From: an uncultured Methanoregulaceae archaeon
GTDB taxonomy: Archaea > Halobacteriota > Methanomicrobia > Methanomicrobiales > Methanospirillaceae
Reading direction: 5' to 3'
Assembly (NCBI GenBank): GCA_963841015.1
Contig: CAWJAX010000002.1
Location: forward strand, 224,001 to 288,000
DNA length: 64,000 bases
Every line of letters starts with the position of its first letter. Positions within the stretch are counted from its first letter, which is position 1. The notes below the pieces were generated by a model. It worked only from the letters and a program-made list of their open reading frames with translations. It was not told the DNA's origin and searched no databases. The position numbers and the translations under genes are program-made. Below are positions 39,965 to 50,186 of the stretch, piece after piece.

Positions 39965-41037
39965 GACAGTCGTCCCCCATCTGCAGGTTTTTGCTTGTGA
40001 TTTCCGCCATCGTCCAGTTTTTTACCGGTGAGATGGATGAAAACATCTTCGAGTGAAGGCGACCGTATCGATATGGATGTCATCGGGGTGGAAAATTTTT
40101 CAAATACGGTGATAATTTCAGGTAATAACCTGCTCCCGTTTTTTGCAGAGATGATGAGTTTTTGATCCTTGACCTCAACGGAATTGATATGGGTATTCTG
40201 TCGCAGAACCGGCAGCATATTCTCGTCAAGTGCATCAAAACCAATCTCAATCAGGTCCCCTGCGGGAATCAGTTGTTTCAGGTTTTCCAGGACGTCAAGT
40301 GCGATAAGCCGTCCTTTATCAACAAATGCGATGCGATTACAGAGCTTTTCTGCTTCGTCCATGTAGTGCGTGGTGAGGATGATGGTTGTCTTTTCATCAT
40401 TCAGTTTTGAAATCTGCTGCCAGACTTCGTGCCGGGCCTCCGGGTCGAGTCCTATAGTCGGTTCATCGAGAAAGAGGATGAGGGGATGATGAATAAAAGC
40501 GCGGACAATCTCCAGCTTCCGTCGCATACCCCCGGAAAATGTCTGGACTTTCATGTGGGCACGGTCGGTCAGGTCAGCCATCGCAAGGAGCTCCCTGATC
40601 CTCCGGTCCAGGATGTTTTCGTCAACGTTTACCAGTGTTCCGTAAAATTCAAGGTTGTCGTATGCGGTAAGTTCAACATCCAGCGTGCTGTTCTGCGGGC
40701 AGACCCCGATGATACTCCGGATCTTTTCCGGGTTCTGGATAATATCATAGGTATCAACGCATGCAGTGCCGCTTGTCGGGAGGAGCAGGGTAGTCAGCAC
40801 CCGGATAAGCGTACTTTTTCCCGCGCCGTTCGGCCCCAGAAGACCGAAGATCTCTCCTCTCCTGACTTCAAGGGTGATATTGTCGACAGCAGTTACCGTA
40901 CGATTCTTTTCGCGAAAGATTTTTGAAAGGTGGTCAGTTCGGATAATGCTGGAAGAATCGGGAAGAGTGCTGCAGCTGGTGATGGGGATTACCGGATCCA
41001 GGTCGGGACCCTTTTGGCTCACTGCAGGGGGACTCAT
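39961..41037 (-). CDS. ABC exporter ATP-binding protein (DrrA-like)
   Basis: GPNGAGKST, FSGGMRRK, LDEPT, TTHYM, PSLEDVF; overlaps permease start. Confidence 0.93.
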   Translation of the reverse strand: MSPPAVSQKGPDLDPVIPITSCSTLPDSSSIIRTDHLSKIFREKNRTVTAVDNITLEVRRGEIFGLLGPNGAGKSTLIRVLTTLLLPTSGTACVDTYDIIQNPEKIRSIIGVCPQNSTLDVELTAYDNLEFYGTLVNVDENILDRRIRELLAMADLTDRAHMKVQTFSGGMRRKLEIVRAFIHHPLILFLDEPTIGLDPEARHEVWQQISKLNDEKTTIILTTHYMDEAEKLCNRIAFVDKGRLIALDVLENLKQLIPAGDLIEIGFDALDENMLPVLRQNTHINSVEVKDQKLIISAKNGSRLLPEIITVFEKFSTPMTSISIRSPSLEDVFIHLTGKKLDDGGNHKQKPADGGRLS

Positions 41038-41090
41038 ATCGGACTAATCTGATGGTTCGTTTCGGCAATACTAAAATCTCTGCTTTTTTT

Positions 41091-41227
41091 TGGGGCTCTC
41101 CCGATGCGATAACTCCTTGAACAGGTGCTACGTCATCATCGCTCAGCGCAGGGGCGGCATGGGGGGACAGGTACTGTCCCCTCCTTCATTCGTACCAGCA
41201 TCCTGAATTTCATATCAATGGAATAGG
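41091..41227 (+). repeat. Interspersed hairpin repeat, copy D
   Basis: ATCATCGCTCAGCGCAGGGGCGGCATGGGGGGACAGGTACTGTCCCC..CCAGCA..CATATCAATGG; matches C (inverted) and E. Confidence 0.8.
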
Positions 41228-41395
41228 AATTACCATGAAAAACCCACAGTTATTCATCCATGTTTGCCTGAGTCCATGACTCATGTGCGTTTCTCCAGAG
41301 CCCTTCTTTATCCATTTTAAGACTGTGGAAAATGATTATCCGTCTTCAATGACAATGCTGGTCAACAAAAGGATCCATTCTGGAAGGAGAGCACC

Positions 41396-42458
41396 ATGAT
41401 TACGCTCCGGTTTTACCGGATTTATGATATCGGCAGGGAAATAGATCTCGACTGGCTGGAACGAGCTCTCGCCCAGAGCTGACTTTACCGCAAGGACAAG
41501 CTTTGTCCGTGTCAAGCAGAAGTCCATCATGATTGAGGACCCCCCGCTCATGATCCAGATGCACCCCATACGGGTGGAGCGGGAAGGAAGACCGTTTGAG
41601 TTCTCCGTAGTTGCCCGTGTCTATGATATTGGTGCAATCAGCTTCTGTTTTATCTATGAAAACAGGGATGCACATTATTCCACGCTCGAGGAGATCGCGT
41701 TCCTGTTTGCCGGCCAGGAAGGATTATCGGAATTCTATGTCCAGTACCTTAAAACGCTGGGGGAGATCATCAAACCGCACATCAAAAACTTCGCTATTAA
41801 CCCGGACTTCTTTGAGGACTACACGGTCTACGTGACGGACCTCAGGGATGATTCGATCGATCCGGTACCCCTGTTAATCGGGGAAAAGGCCCGCACTTCC
41901 CCCCAGATGCGGGATGAGATTATTAAAAATTCGCTCAGCTATACCACCGATGATCTTGCGATACTCTCCTGGGATTCAGCCCTCCTCTGCAACCCGGAAA
42001 ACCCGACTGACCTGATTGACCTGATAGAATTTGCCAACGTCCAGGTGCTCGAGCTCCGTACCTATGACCGGGAACTGACCCGCGAGATGGAGAAGATGTA
42101 TGATGATATCGAACATGCTGACAGGCTTTCATCATTTCGCCGGAGCCGCCAGTACCATGCGATTATGGCAAAACAGATGGAGACCTATGCAGAGATCTCC
42201 GAGGTCATTGAAAAAGTGGACAACCTGATCAAAGTCACGGAGGATGTCTATTATGCCCGTGTATATGCAACGGCACTAAAAGTGCTCCGGAGCAATCAGT
42301 GGAGCGAGAGTGTGACCCGGAAGATCGATGTGATACGGGAAAACTACTCCATGCTCTCCGATGAAGTCCGTATCCAGCATTCAAACTTTCTCGAATGGGT
42401 GATTATTATCCTGATTGCTCTTGAGTTCGGGCTCGCCATCTGGCAGAGTATACGCTGA
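41396..42458 (+). CDS. RMD1/DUF155-like protein, apparent frameshift near 41481
   Basis: MITLRFYRIYDIGREIDL joins ORF 41529; YYARVY and LEWVIIILIALE C-terminal TM. Confidence 0.75.
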
Positions 42459-42477
42459 GCGGGGGACTTGAACATAT

Positions 42478-42960
42478 ATGGTATTTGAATGTCAGCAGTG
42501 TGGTGAGTGCTGCCACCACATGGGGCAGGTTCACACCATTCAGGAAATTCGTGGCGGGTTTGAGTTTCTGGTCAATAATACCTATACCGGCGAAAAAACG
42601 CTGGTCATTGTCGATCAGGACAAGCACCATCTCTTTTTAGACCAAAGCATATTCCGGGAACAGCCGGAGGCATGCCCCTTCCTGAGGTATCAAACCCGGG
42701 AAAGGAAAGCCTTTTGTACCGTCCACCTGACACGCCCGGAGATATGCAGGGATTACGGGTGCTGGCGCCTGCTCATCCTGAATGCCCGGGGATTACGGGC
42801 CGGGAGAATCATGTACCAGCGTGCGTTTTTTTCTGATGATACTGACCTGACCCGGCTCTGGATGACGTGTATCGATCCCTTACATGAGCCGGATGATGCG
42901 ATCTGGGATGAGAAGATAACCAGGATTCTGATAAACGCAGGCTACACGGTAAGGAAGTAA
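42478..42960 (+). CDS. YkgJ-family cysteine cluster protein (CxxCxxCC)
   Basis: CQQCGECC, CPFL, CTVHLTRPEICRDY. Confidence 0.88.
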   Translation: MVFECQQCGECCHHMGQVHTIQEIRGGFEFLVNNTYTGEKTLVIVDQDKHHLFLDQSIFREQPEACPFLRYQTRERKAFCTVHLTRPEICRDYGCWRLLILNARGLRAGRIMYQRAFFSDDTDLTRLWMTCIDPLHEPDDAIWDEKITRILINAGYTVRK

Positions 42961-42974
42961 AAAAGGTACCCTTT

Positions 42975-43205
42975 TTATTGAACGGGAGGGATCACTTTTG
43001 GAATGGCGCACAACTGGCCGAATTTGTTGATGCCATAGGAGGCCAGGATTGTCTCGTCATCCATTTTTTTCTCGCCAATCCCGATCCTGCTCAACTTGTC
43101 ACGGATTATTCTGATATTCTTTTCAGTGGGCTGCATAACGATAGATACTATTTCTTTTATGACACGATAAAGAGATGTTTTTTTAAAAATACGGTATTTT
43201 ACCAT
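42975..43205 (-). CDS. Small hypothetical protein
   Basis: 76 aa ATG ORF, plausible composition, downstream of eif1a. Confidence 0.5.
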   Translation of the reverse strand: MVKYRIFKKTSLYRVIKEIVSIVMQPTEKNIRIIRDKLSRIGIGEKKMDDETILASYGINKFGQLCAIPKVIPPVQ

Positions 43206-43319
43206 TTTTTTGAAAAATCAACCCCCGGATTCGCATGCTGTTCCTGCATCCCGGGACAGGAAAAACCTGGAACAAAAAAACGTGCATTACCTGCACTGCA
43301 TGATAAAAGAAGATTTTTT

Positions 43320-43649
43320 TTATAAGTACCGGTTCTTTCGTAACCAGTCTGCCTGTGGCGGCAGGTAGCGGTATATGATGTCACACTTCTCATCCTGGAA
43401 AGACCAGGGCGTTACAATCAGGATATCGCCTTCCCGGATCCAGACCCGTTTTTTGATCTTCCCCTTGATCCGGCCCATGCGGGTGACCCCGTCATAGCAG
43501 CGGACGCGGATATGGTTTGCTCCCATCATCAGGTCCGCAAAAGCGAATTGTTCATTGGCCCATTTCTTGGGCAGGCGAACACGAACAACCGGTGTTCCGT
43601 CCGCATTTACTGCATTTGGATCAGCATCATCGTTATTACTGGGTCTAAT
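43320..43649 (-). CDS. eif1a: Archaeal translation initiation factor 1A (probable ATT start)
   Basis: VRVRLP..NEQFA..MMGANHIRVRCYDG..RIKGKIKKRVWIREGD..PWSFQDEK; frame open to ATT at 43649, giving 109 aa. Confidence 0.9.
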   Translation of the reverse strand: MRPSNNDDADPNAVNADGTPVVRVRLPKKWANEQFAFADLMMGANHIRVRCYDGVTRMGRIKGKIKKRVWIREGDILIVTPWSFQDEKCDIIYRYLPPQADWLRKNRYL

Positions 43650-43895
43650 TCAGGCAACTCCGTTACTGTATATCTCTGGGGCGTTGAGGACAATGAAGGT
43701 ATGTATTGTTCGGGTGATAACGATCCGGTCCAAAAAAGAAAAGAAAGAAAAGGAATAATAATAACTTCACCCGGTAACAATTCTTCACCAGTTGTCATCA
43801 TCCTGCACACTTCCATGGTTAAAGAAAAACGCCATTGATGAAACGATCTTTGGCAGGACAAGACTGATTCTTACACAAAACCGGAGAGAATCCCC

Positions 43896-45740
43896 GTGAA
43901 CCTGCCACATTTCCTGTCAAAAAGTGATCGTGTCTGGGATGTTCTGATAGCGGTATCAGCCGTTACCGCCCTGTCCTTAAACCTCCTTGGACTCCTCAAT
44001 GGCATTTTTGTGGCACTTCCCCACCTTCTTTATGTTCCGGTGGTGCTTGCCGCGTATCGTTACCCGAAGTGGGGACTCCTCATCGCAGGATGCATCGGAG
44101 GAACGTATTTTCTGATGGTTGTCCTGGTCGCCGGCGACGCATTCAGCACAATAATTGAAGCACTTGTCCGGACATTCGTTCTCATTGGGATCGGGTGGCT
44201 TATCGCATTTCTCTCCTTCAGGCTCCGTGAACGCCAGGATCTCTACCAGGGGCTCTTTTATCATTCAGAAGCAGGAAGCATTCTTGTCCGGGATACACCC
44301 CAAGGGAGGGTCATTGAGGAAGTAAATGACAAAGCCTCAGAACTGCTTTGCAGGAAGGCAGAGGATCTTACCGGAAAACCCCTCACCGTGTTCTGGAGCA
44401 GTGATGCTGAGCAGGAGTTTTTCTCACAGATCGGTAGGGAAGGTACGGTCCATGCAGTGGAGAAGGTGTTTTTGCTACCGGATGAAAGTTCAGAAACGGT
44501 GCTTGTCTCGGCAGCACTTCTGCCAGAGAAGCGGGTAATTATCACGTTTGTAGAAATCACCCGTCGTGTTCATGCCGAGAAAGCCCTGAAGGCAGCGAAT
44601 GATAAACTCAAACTTCTCTCACGCATCTCACACGATCATCTCCATCGTACTGTTGACCAGATGGTCCAGACCGTGAAAAATGCGGATGAACACGGTATCG
44701 ATACTGTTGCACGGGATTTTTTTAACCAGCTGCGGGTGCTTGCCCTTCATCTGAAACAACAGCTTTTCCTCACTGAGTCCTATAAAAATCTCGGGATCTC
44801 CCCTCCGGCCTGGCTGGGAGTCCAGCAGATTCTTGAACCTGCAATTCTTTCCCTTGCCCCTGGATCTGTTTCTCCAAGGTTCTGGACTGAAAGACTCGAG
44901 ATTTATGCCGATCCTCTCTTTCAGGACGTCCTCATTCACATTGCCGGCAATGCTGTCAGCCATGGGATTACCGTAAAAAACCTTATCGTCACGTATCATG
45001 AAATACCGAAAGGGCTCGATCTCATCCTGGAAGATGATGGTATCGGGATCCCGGCAGATAAAAAACAGCGCATATTCGACTACGATGAAGAGGGGCACTC
45101 CGGAATTGGGTTATTTATCTGCCGGGAGATCCTCGGGGTTACGGGCATGACCATCACAGAAACCGGGACAGAAGGGAAGGGAGCCAGGTTTGTGATCCGT
45201 GTCCCTCCTGATGGGTACCGGATAGAGGGATCTGGAGATGATGCCCCGGCACGCCCTCTTTTAGTAATGCCGGCAACGTCGGGTCTCCATGGTGCTCACC
45301 ACCCGGGCGGTACTATTGTCAGGGAACTATCTGCAGCGGAGTTTCCGGTTGCAGAGGCACTCTGGACGGATTATCACCAGACAAAGGGAGATCCGCGGAC
45401 TGACCGAATATTTGCGGGATTCTCTCAGGGTGAGATTGTCTCTGTTGCCCGGTGCCGGAAACATCCGGACGGGTTTGAGGTAGATGCGGTATTTACTCCC
45501 CTCGCTCACCGTGGTCACGGGTATTCACATGCGGTGATGTGGGGGCTGACAGAAGCATGCGGACATGACATCCTCTTTATGCATTCAGTAAAAAACCTTA
45601 CCGGGTTCTACAGCCAGTATGGTTTTGTCAACATTGCGGAGAATGAGCTTCCCCCGTCAATCCGGGAGCGGTATGCATGGGCGGAAGGTGAGATGGAAGG
45701 TGCCAATGTCTCCCCCATGCAACGATTGCCTTATTCCTGA
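43896..45740 (+). CDS. Membrane sensor kinase-like protein (TM-PAS-HisKA-like-HATPase_c) fused to a C-terminal GNAT domain
   Basis: 4 TM, PAS, SRISHD, NAVSHG, EDDGIG, GIGLFICREIL, GKGARF; then VDAVFT..HRGHG..LTGFYSQYGF. Confidence 0.8.
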   Translation: MNLPHFLSKSDRVWDVLIAVSAVTALSLNLLGLLNGIFVALPHLLYVPVVLAAYRYPKWGLLIAGCIGGTYFLMVVLVAGDAFSTIIEALVRTFVLIGIGWLIAFLSFRLRERQDLYQGLFYHSEAGSILVRDTPQGRVIEEVNDKASELLCRKAEDLTGKPLTVFWSSDAEQEFFSQIGREGTVHAVEKVFLLPDESSETVLVSAALLPEKRVIITFVEITRRVHAEKALKAANDKLKLLSRISHDHLHRTVDQMVQTVKNADEHGIDTVARDFFNQLRVLALHLKQQLFLTESYKNLGISPPAWLGVQQILEPAILSLAPGSVSPRFWTERLEIYADPLFQDVLIHIAGNAVSHGITVKNLIVTYHEIPKGLDLILEDDGIGIPADKKQRIFDYDEEGHSGIGLFICREILGVTGMTITETGTEGKGARFVIRVPPDGYRIEGSGDDAPARPLLVMPATSGLHGAHHPGGTIVRELSAAEFPVAEALWTDYHQTKGDPRTDRIFAGFSQGEIVSVARCRKHPDGFEVDAVFTPLAHRGHGYSHAVMWGLTEACGHDILFMHSVKNLTGFYSQYGFVNIAENELPPSIRERYAWAEGEMEGANVSPMQRLPYS

Positions 45741-45897
45741 AATACGGGTTTTATACCCCCACTCCTGACCGTATCTTCTCATCGGATGGGTAATGATGGG
45801 TTCGTTTGCCTCCCGTTTCTGCAGTTCACGATCAGTTCACTTTCTCCCTGCATACCTTACTCCTTTATAGGCAGCTCATCGATTCTCTCACTCAGGA

Positions 45898-47085
45898 ATG
45901 ATTGGCAAAGGTGCATATCTCAAACAGCTGACAGCAGCTACCCTGCAGATGAAATCAGTGGCTGTGGGAAAAGAGCTGGAAGGCAGTTCACCGCCATCGG
46001 TGTTCATCGGGAGCTGGAATTACCCGGATGTATACGCCGGTCCGATGATTGCTCCGCTCCATGGGGACACTGCTATCATGGATATGCCCGAATCATGGAT
46101 CTCCGGACACAAGACCCAGGAGGAGATCATCGGTTACCGGCTCAACCTGGTGCGGGGCAAGCATCGTGTTCATGCAGATGATCTGGACAACCGGTTCGTT
46201 GAAAAACTCCAGGAGATCTCCCTCTCTGATACCTCAGTTGAGAGCGAAGTCTCATTTGAGAGCGTCCCGACCGGGACCTCATTTTCCGAGGAACACACAC
46301 CCTTTGGGCCCAGTGCAGCGATCGAGCGGTTTGAGATCGGCAGCGGCAGATGGGACCGGAACCTCGAGAAAGTGTATTACGATACCGACCTGAAATCTGC
46401 TGATGCCGTTGTAGACCTGCACAAAAAGGGGGTTCCGTTCTCCAGCATCCAGAAGGCATTTTCAGCAGGAACCATGGGACGGGACCGGGGGCGGCACCTG
46501 GTACCTACCCGGTGGTCGATCACAGCCTGCGACACCATGATCGGCGACCGGCTTCTCCGTGAGGTGAAAAAATGTCCCGTACTCGACACATGGCGGGTGC
46601 ACGAATATTCCAGCCTGAACAACAATTACGCGGTGATCCTCATGCCGACCGGCTGGCAGTACGAATGGTCGGAAGCTTTCCTGCACGTACTGGGCAATGA
46701 GGAACTGGTATTCTCGGATCATGAGGGAAACCGGAAGAAAACAGACTATTCACCCCTGGGTGGGTGTTACTATTCCTGCAAGATGGCAGTCCTCGAGGCG
46801 CTTGCACAGGAACAGAAACAGGCGGGGGCAATTATCCTGCGGGAGGCACTCCACGGGTATGTACCCCTCGGAGTATTCAATGTACGGGAAAACGTGAGGA
46901 GCGCAATGCGGCAACCGGCACAGGAGTTTGAAGATATCCGTTTAGCCCTGTCCCATATTTCGGAGAAATTCACGCTCCCCCTTCAGCGGTTTATTGAGGA
47001 AGGCAACCTTCTCAAAAGCACCCTTCGCGAGCGTCAGTTCACGTTCCGTGATTTTGAAGCTGTGCCTGTGACCATACCAGGATAA
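45898..47085 (+). CDS. nreA: Nre family archaeal DNA repair protein
   Basis: [47 protein letters not shown]-like RQFTFRDF. Confidence 0.9.
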   Translation: MIGKGAYLKQLTAATLQMKSVAVGKELEGSSPPSVFIGSWNYPDVYAGPMIAPLHGDTAIMDMPESWISGHKTQEEIIGYRLNLVRGKHRVHADDLDNRFVEKLQEISLSDTSVESEVSFESVPTGTSFSEEHTPFGPSAAIERFEIGSGRWDRNLEKVYYDTDLKSADAVVDLHKKGVPFSSIQKAFSAGTMGRDRGRHLVPTRWSITACDTMIGDRLLREVKKCPVLDTWRVHEYSSLNNNYAVILMPTGWQYEWSEAFLHVLGNEELVFSDHEGNRKKTDYSPLGGCYYSCKMAVLEALAQEQKQAGAIILREALHGYVPLGVFNVRENVRSAMRQPAQEFEDIRLALSHISEKFTLPLQRFIEEGNLLKSTLRERQFTFRDFEAVPVTIPG

Positions 47086-47112
47086 CCGGAATATAATCCA
47101 GGAGGATGAGCA

Positions 47113-48204
47113 ATGGAGCCGGATCTCGTTCACGTGACCTCCCCGCGGATCATCCTTCACCTGGATATGGACAGCTTTTATGCATCGGTTGAGATGCGGG
47201 GACGGCCGGAACTCCGGGGTAAACCCGTTGTGATAGGGGCTGACCCAAAACAGGGGAAGGGGCGCGGGGTTGTGGCAACCTGCTCATATGAGGCGCGGGC
47301 ATTTGGGATACGGTCAGCAATGCCCATCTCGCAGGCATTCGTGCTCTGCCCACACGCAGTTTTTCTTCCCCCGGACTTTCCCCGGTATGTGAAAGCTTCT
47401 TCCGATGTTATGGCAATCCTGAAAGCGCCGGGTCTCCCTTTTGAGCAGGTGAGTATCGATGAGGCGTTCCTGGATGTGAGCAGTCTGGGGACATTTTCTG
47501 CGGCAGCCGATCTTGCGGTGCAGATCAGGGACACGATCTTCATGGATCTCGGGTTGACCTGTTCGATCGGAATTGCACCGACAAAAGTGGTCGCAAAGAT
47601 CGCCTCTGATGTACATAAACCCAACGGTCTTACCGTGGTTGAGCCGGACACCCTGGTCTCCTTCCTTGCACCGATGCCGGTGCGGAAGATTCCGGGTATC
47701 GGGAAGAAGTCAGAGTCAGAACTCTTCGAGATGGGTATCAGGACCATCCGGGATCTTGCAGCATTCGATATCCAGGCACTGATCACACGATTCGGGCGCT
47801 CCGCGATTGCCCTGCAGGAGATTGCAGCCGGTATTGACCGGAGCGAGGTCAAAGAACGGGAGGGTGTGAAATCGGTATCCCGTGAAACGACGTTCGAGGA
47901 GGATACCAATGATGAGCTGCTGATAACTGCAACGATGGATGCACTTTCAGAAGAAGTGTGCCGGAACCTTTCAGATGAATCCCTGCACTGCAGGACGGTT
48001 ACGGTAAAGGTGCGGTACCAGGGTTTTGTCACCCGAACAAAAGCCCTGACGCTCCCGCATTACATGGGTGATCCGGCTGCAGTTCGCAGGTGCGCCCGGT
48101 CCCTGCTTCGCGACATTTTTGATGGCCGGAAGATCCGCCTGCTTGGTATCCGGCTCTCATCATTTGACACATGCGATACCCGGCAGATGACCCTTGAGGT
48201 GTAA
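47113..48204 (+). CDS. dinB: Y-family DNA polymerase IV
   Basis: HLDMDSFYASVE, CSYEARAFG, SIDEAFLD, KIASDVHKPNG, IPGIG, IRLLGI. Confidence 0.95.
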   Translation: MEPDLVHVTSPRIILHLDMDSFYASVEMRGRPELRGKPVVIGADPKQGKGRGVVATCSYEARAFGIRSAMPISQAFVLCPHAVFLPPDFPRYVKASSDVMAILKAPGLPFEQVSIDEAFLDVSSLGTFSAAADLAVQIRDTIFMDLGLTCSIGIAPTKVVAKIASDVHKPNGLTVVEPDTLVSFLAPMPVRKIPGIGKKSESELFEMGIRTIRDLAAFDIQALITRFGRSAIALQEIAAGIDRSEVKEREGVKSVSRETTFEEDTNDELLITATMDALSEEVCRNLSDESLHCRTVTVKVRYQGFVTRTKALTLPHYMGDPAAVRRCARSLLRDIFDGRKIRLLGIRLSSFDTCDTRQMTLEV

Positions 48205-48757
48205 ATAATCAGGATATCAGGAACGATTTACCCGGAAGGGTAAGGTGGATTTCCCATATATGATATCTGAAATCCCAAATTCCCGGTACGACATCCACAC
48301 TCCAGCGAATGAAATCATGAAGGAAAAAAGTGTAATATCATATGTGCATATGGCAGGAGGAAACGGCCAGCCGTTCTCGCGTGTCGGCTGGCTCAGATTG
48401 TGTTTCTGGTGATTTTTGTGCGTAAGGAAGGACGTAACCGTTTTTTGGTAAAACCTCCATGAGATTTCTTGGTAAATCTTAATTAACTGTTATATTATTT
48501 AAACATTTTCTTTAACTAATAGTCCCTATTTTTAAATTTCGCAGAATTTCAAAACTAAATAGCCGTTCGATCATAAAATTCATTCCGTTATCCCCCAATG
48601 AAATAAAAGGAAATAACCCTTAATGTCCTGGTACTCTCTTTTTACAAAAAAGTCCACGGTCGATCTGTCCTTGTACACCCCCGGCACACACCAAAAAACC
48701 GGTACTGAAAGCGGAAAACTCATCAACAGCAGATGTATATGCTCATAAGAACGTTCT

Positions 48758-49171
48758 ATGAGCTCCCCGCCGGAAATCAGGAATATTCTGGAACTGGTAA
48801 AAACTGCCCGGGCTGATCCAGCCGTTGGTATACGGATCGTTCAGGTGACCGGAGATGACCATGTTGGCCTGTATGTGGCCGAACTGGGGCCGCACTCCCG
48901 TGTTACTGCCCATTACCACCGTGACGGGAACGAAATCTACCAGATTGTCCACGGTAAAGGAAAACTATTTACGGGTGTCTGCTCGTCCGATAATAGTGTC
49001 AGATGGAACACACCCGTCGTTGTGAGCAGCGGGGATTGTTTTACCGTGCAGGAGGGACAAGTCCACCAGCTGGAAAATACCGGTTCATTGCCCATGATTG
49101 CGATTATTATCTGCCCGGCTGCCCATATCGGCCATGACCGCTTCATACTAAGGGGAGAAATACCGGGCTAA
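48758..49171 (+). CDS. Cupin domain protein
   Basis: AHYHRDGNEIY..G and GDCF..VHQLEN cupin motifs. Confidence 0.88.
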   Translation: MSSPPEIRNILELVKTARADPAVGIRIVQVTGDDHVGLYVAELGPHSRVTAHYHRDGNEIYQIVHGKGKLFTGVCSSDNSVRWNTPVVVSSGDCFTVQEGQVHQLENTGSLPMIAIIICPAAHIGHDRFILRGEIPG

Positions 49172-49188
49172 CAGGGTTTTGGTTTTGT

Positions 49189-50082
49189 ATGCAACGCTAC
49201 CGTTTTAAAAAAATAGATGCGTTTGTTGAGGGACAATCAACCGGGAATCCCGCAGGTTGTATATACCTGCCGGATCAGGACGCGCTGTCAGATGAGGGAA
49301 TGCAGCAGATCGCCCGTGAACTGGCCGGCTTTGTCAGTGAGGTCGTCTATGTCTACTTTGAGGAAGGAAATACCACCCTCCGGTTTTTCTCTTCAGAGCG
49401 TGAAGTTGCATTCTGCGGCCATGCTACGATTGCTGTCATGTACGATCTCATAAAAAACGATCCGGAACGTGCACGAAATCCTGTCGCCCGCATTCATGTA
49501 CAGGCACGTGAACTTCTTGTACGAAATGAGATTGCCTCAGCAGATGCTGTGTTCATCAGTGCACCCCTTCCCCGGTTTACCAGCACGGACCTGACCCGTG
49601 ATGATATCGCTGCAGCCTTGAAAATTCCCCCCGGGGGAATAACGGAAAAGAACCGGATTGTGCTGGTCAATGCCGGCCTTGCGACCCTGATTGTTCCCCT
49701 TACCTCGCTTGATACCCTGCTATCTCTCCGTCCTGACCAGAAGAACCTGCGGGAGTTCTGTCTTGCAAACGGCATCGAAATTATCCTGGTCTGGTCTGAG
49801 GAGGTCTCAATACCTCAGAATAATTACCGCACACGGGTCTTTGCCCCTATTTACGGATATCTTGAAGATCCCGCAACCGGTTCCGGAAATGCGGCATTGG
49901 GATATTACCTGCTGAACGCTGCTCTCTGGGACGGCCACATGATCAGGATTGAGCAGGGCAGGAGCAGGGAGCGTCCTAATATCATCCGGCTCGTGAGTGA
50001 TGCTTCCAGAGTGCAGCGCAGCGTATTTTTCGGAGGAAATGCAAAAGTGAGAATTGAAGGGGAGTATCTCCTCTACCCATAA
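49189..50082 (+). CDS. PhzF family isomerase/epimerase
   Basis: IDAF..GNPA, EVAFCGHAT, RVFAP..EDPATGSG. Confidence 0.92.
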   Translation: MQRYRFKKIDAFVEGQSTGNPAGCIYLPDQDALSDEGMQQIARELAGFVSEVVYVYFEEGNTTLRFFSSEREVAFCGHATIAVMYDLIKNDPERARNPVARIHVQARELLVRNEIASADAVFISAPLPRFTSTDLTRDDIAAALKIPPGGITEKNRIVLVNAGLATLIVPLTSLDTLLSLRPDQKNLREFCLANGIEIILVWSEEVSIPQNNYRTRVFAPIYGYLEDPATGSGNAALGYYLLNAALWDGHMIRIEQGRSRERPNIIRLVSDASRVQRSVFFGGNAKVRIEGEYLLYP

Positions 50083-50186
50083 GTCATGTCTGTCATACTA
50101 TTACCGTATTAGTACCGTTCCTGACTGGGTGATAAGGAGTACAGGATACAACCCCTGTCACCATCGAATACCTGCCTGTTTTTTGT

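Noticed and set aside
41477-41482. Selenocysteine recoding of TGA here and at 62361
   Set aside because: The downstream coding sequence is in a different frame, so a one-base insertion explains it
48205-48757. 550-bp AT-rich gap after dinB with one hairpin (CCAGCCG/CGGCTGG)
   Set aside because: No repeats, ORB-like boxes, ORF or neighbouring replication gene to support an origin or element
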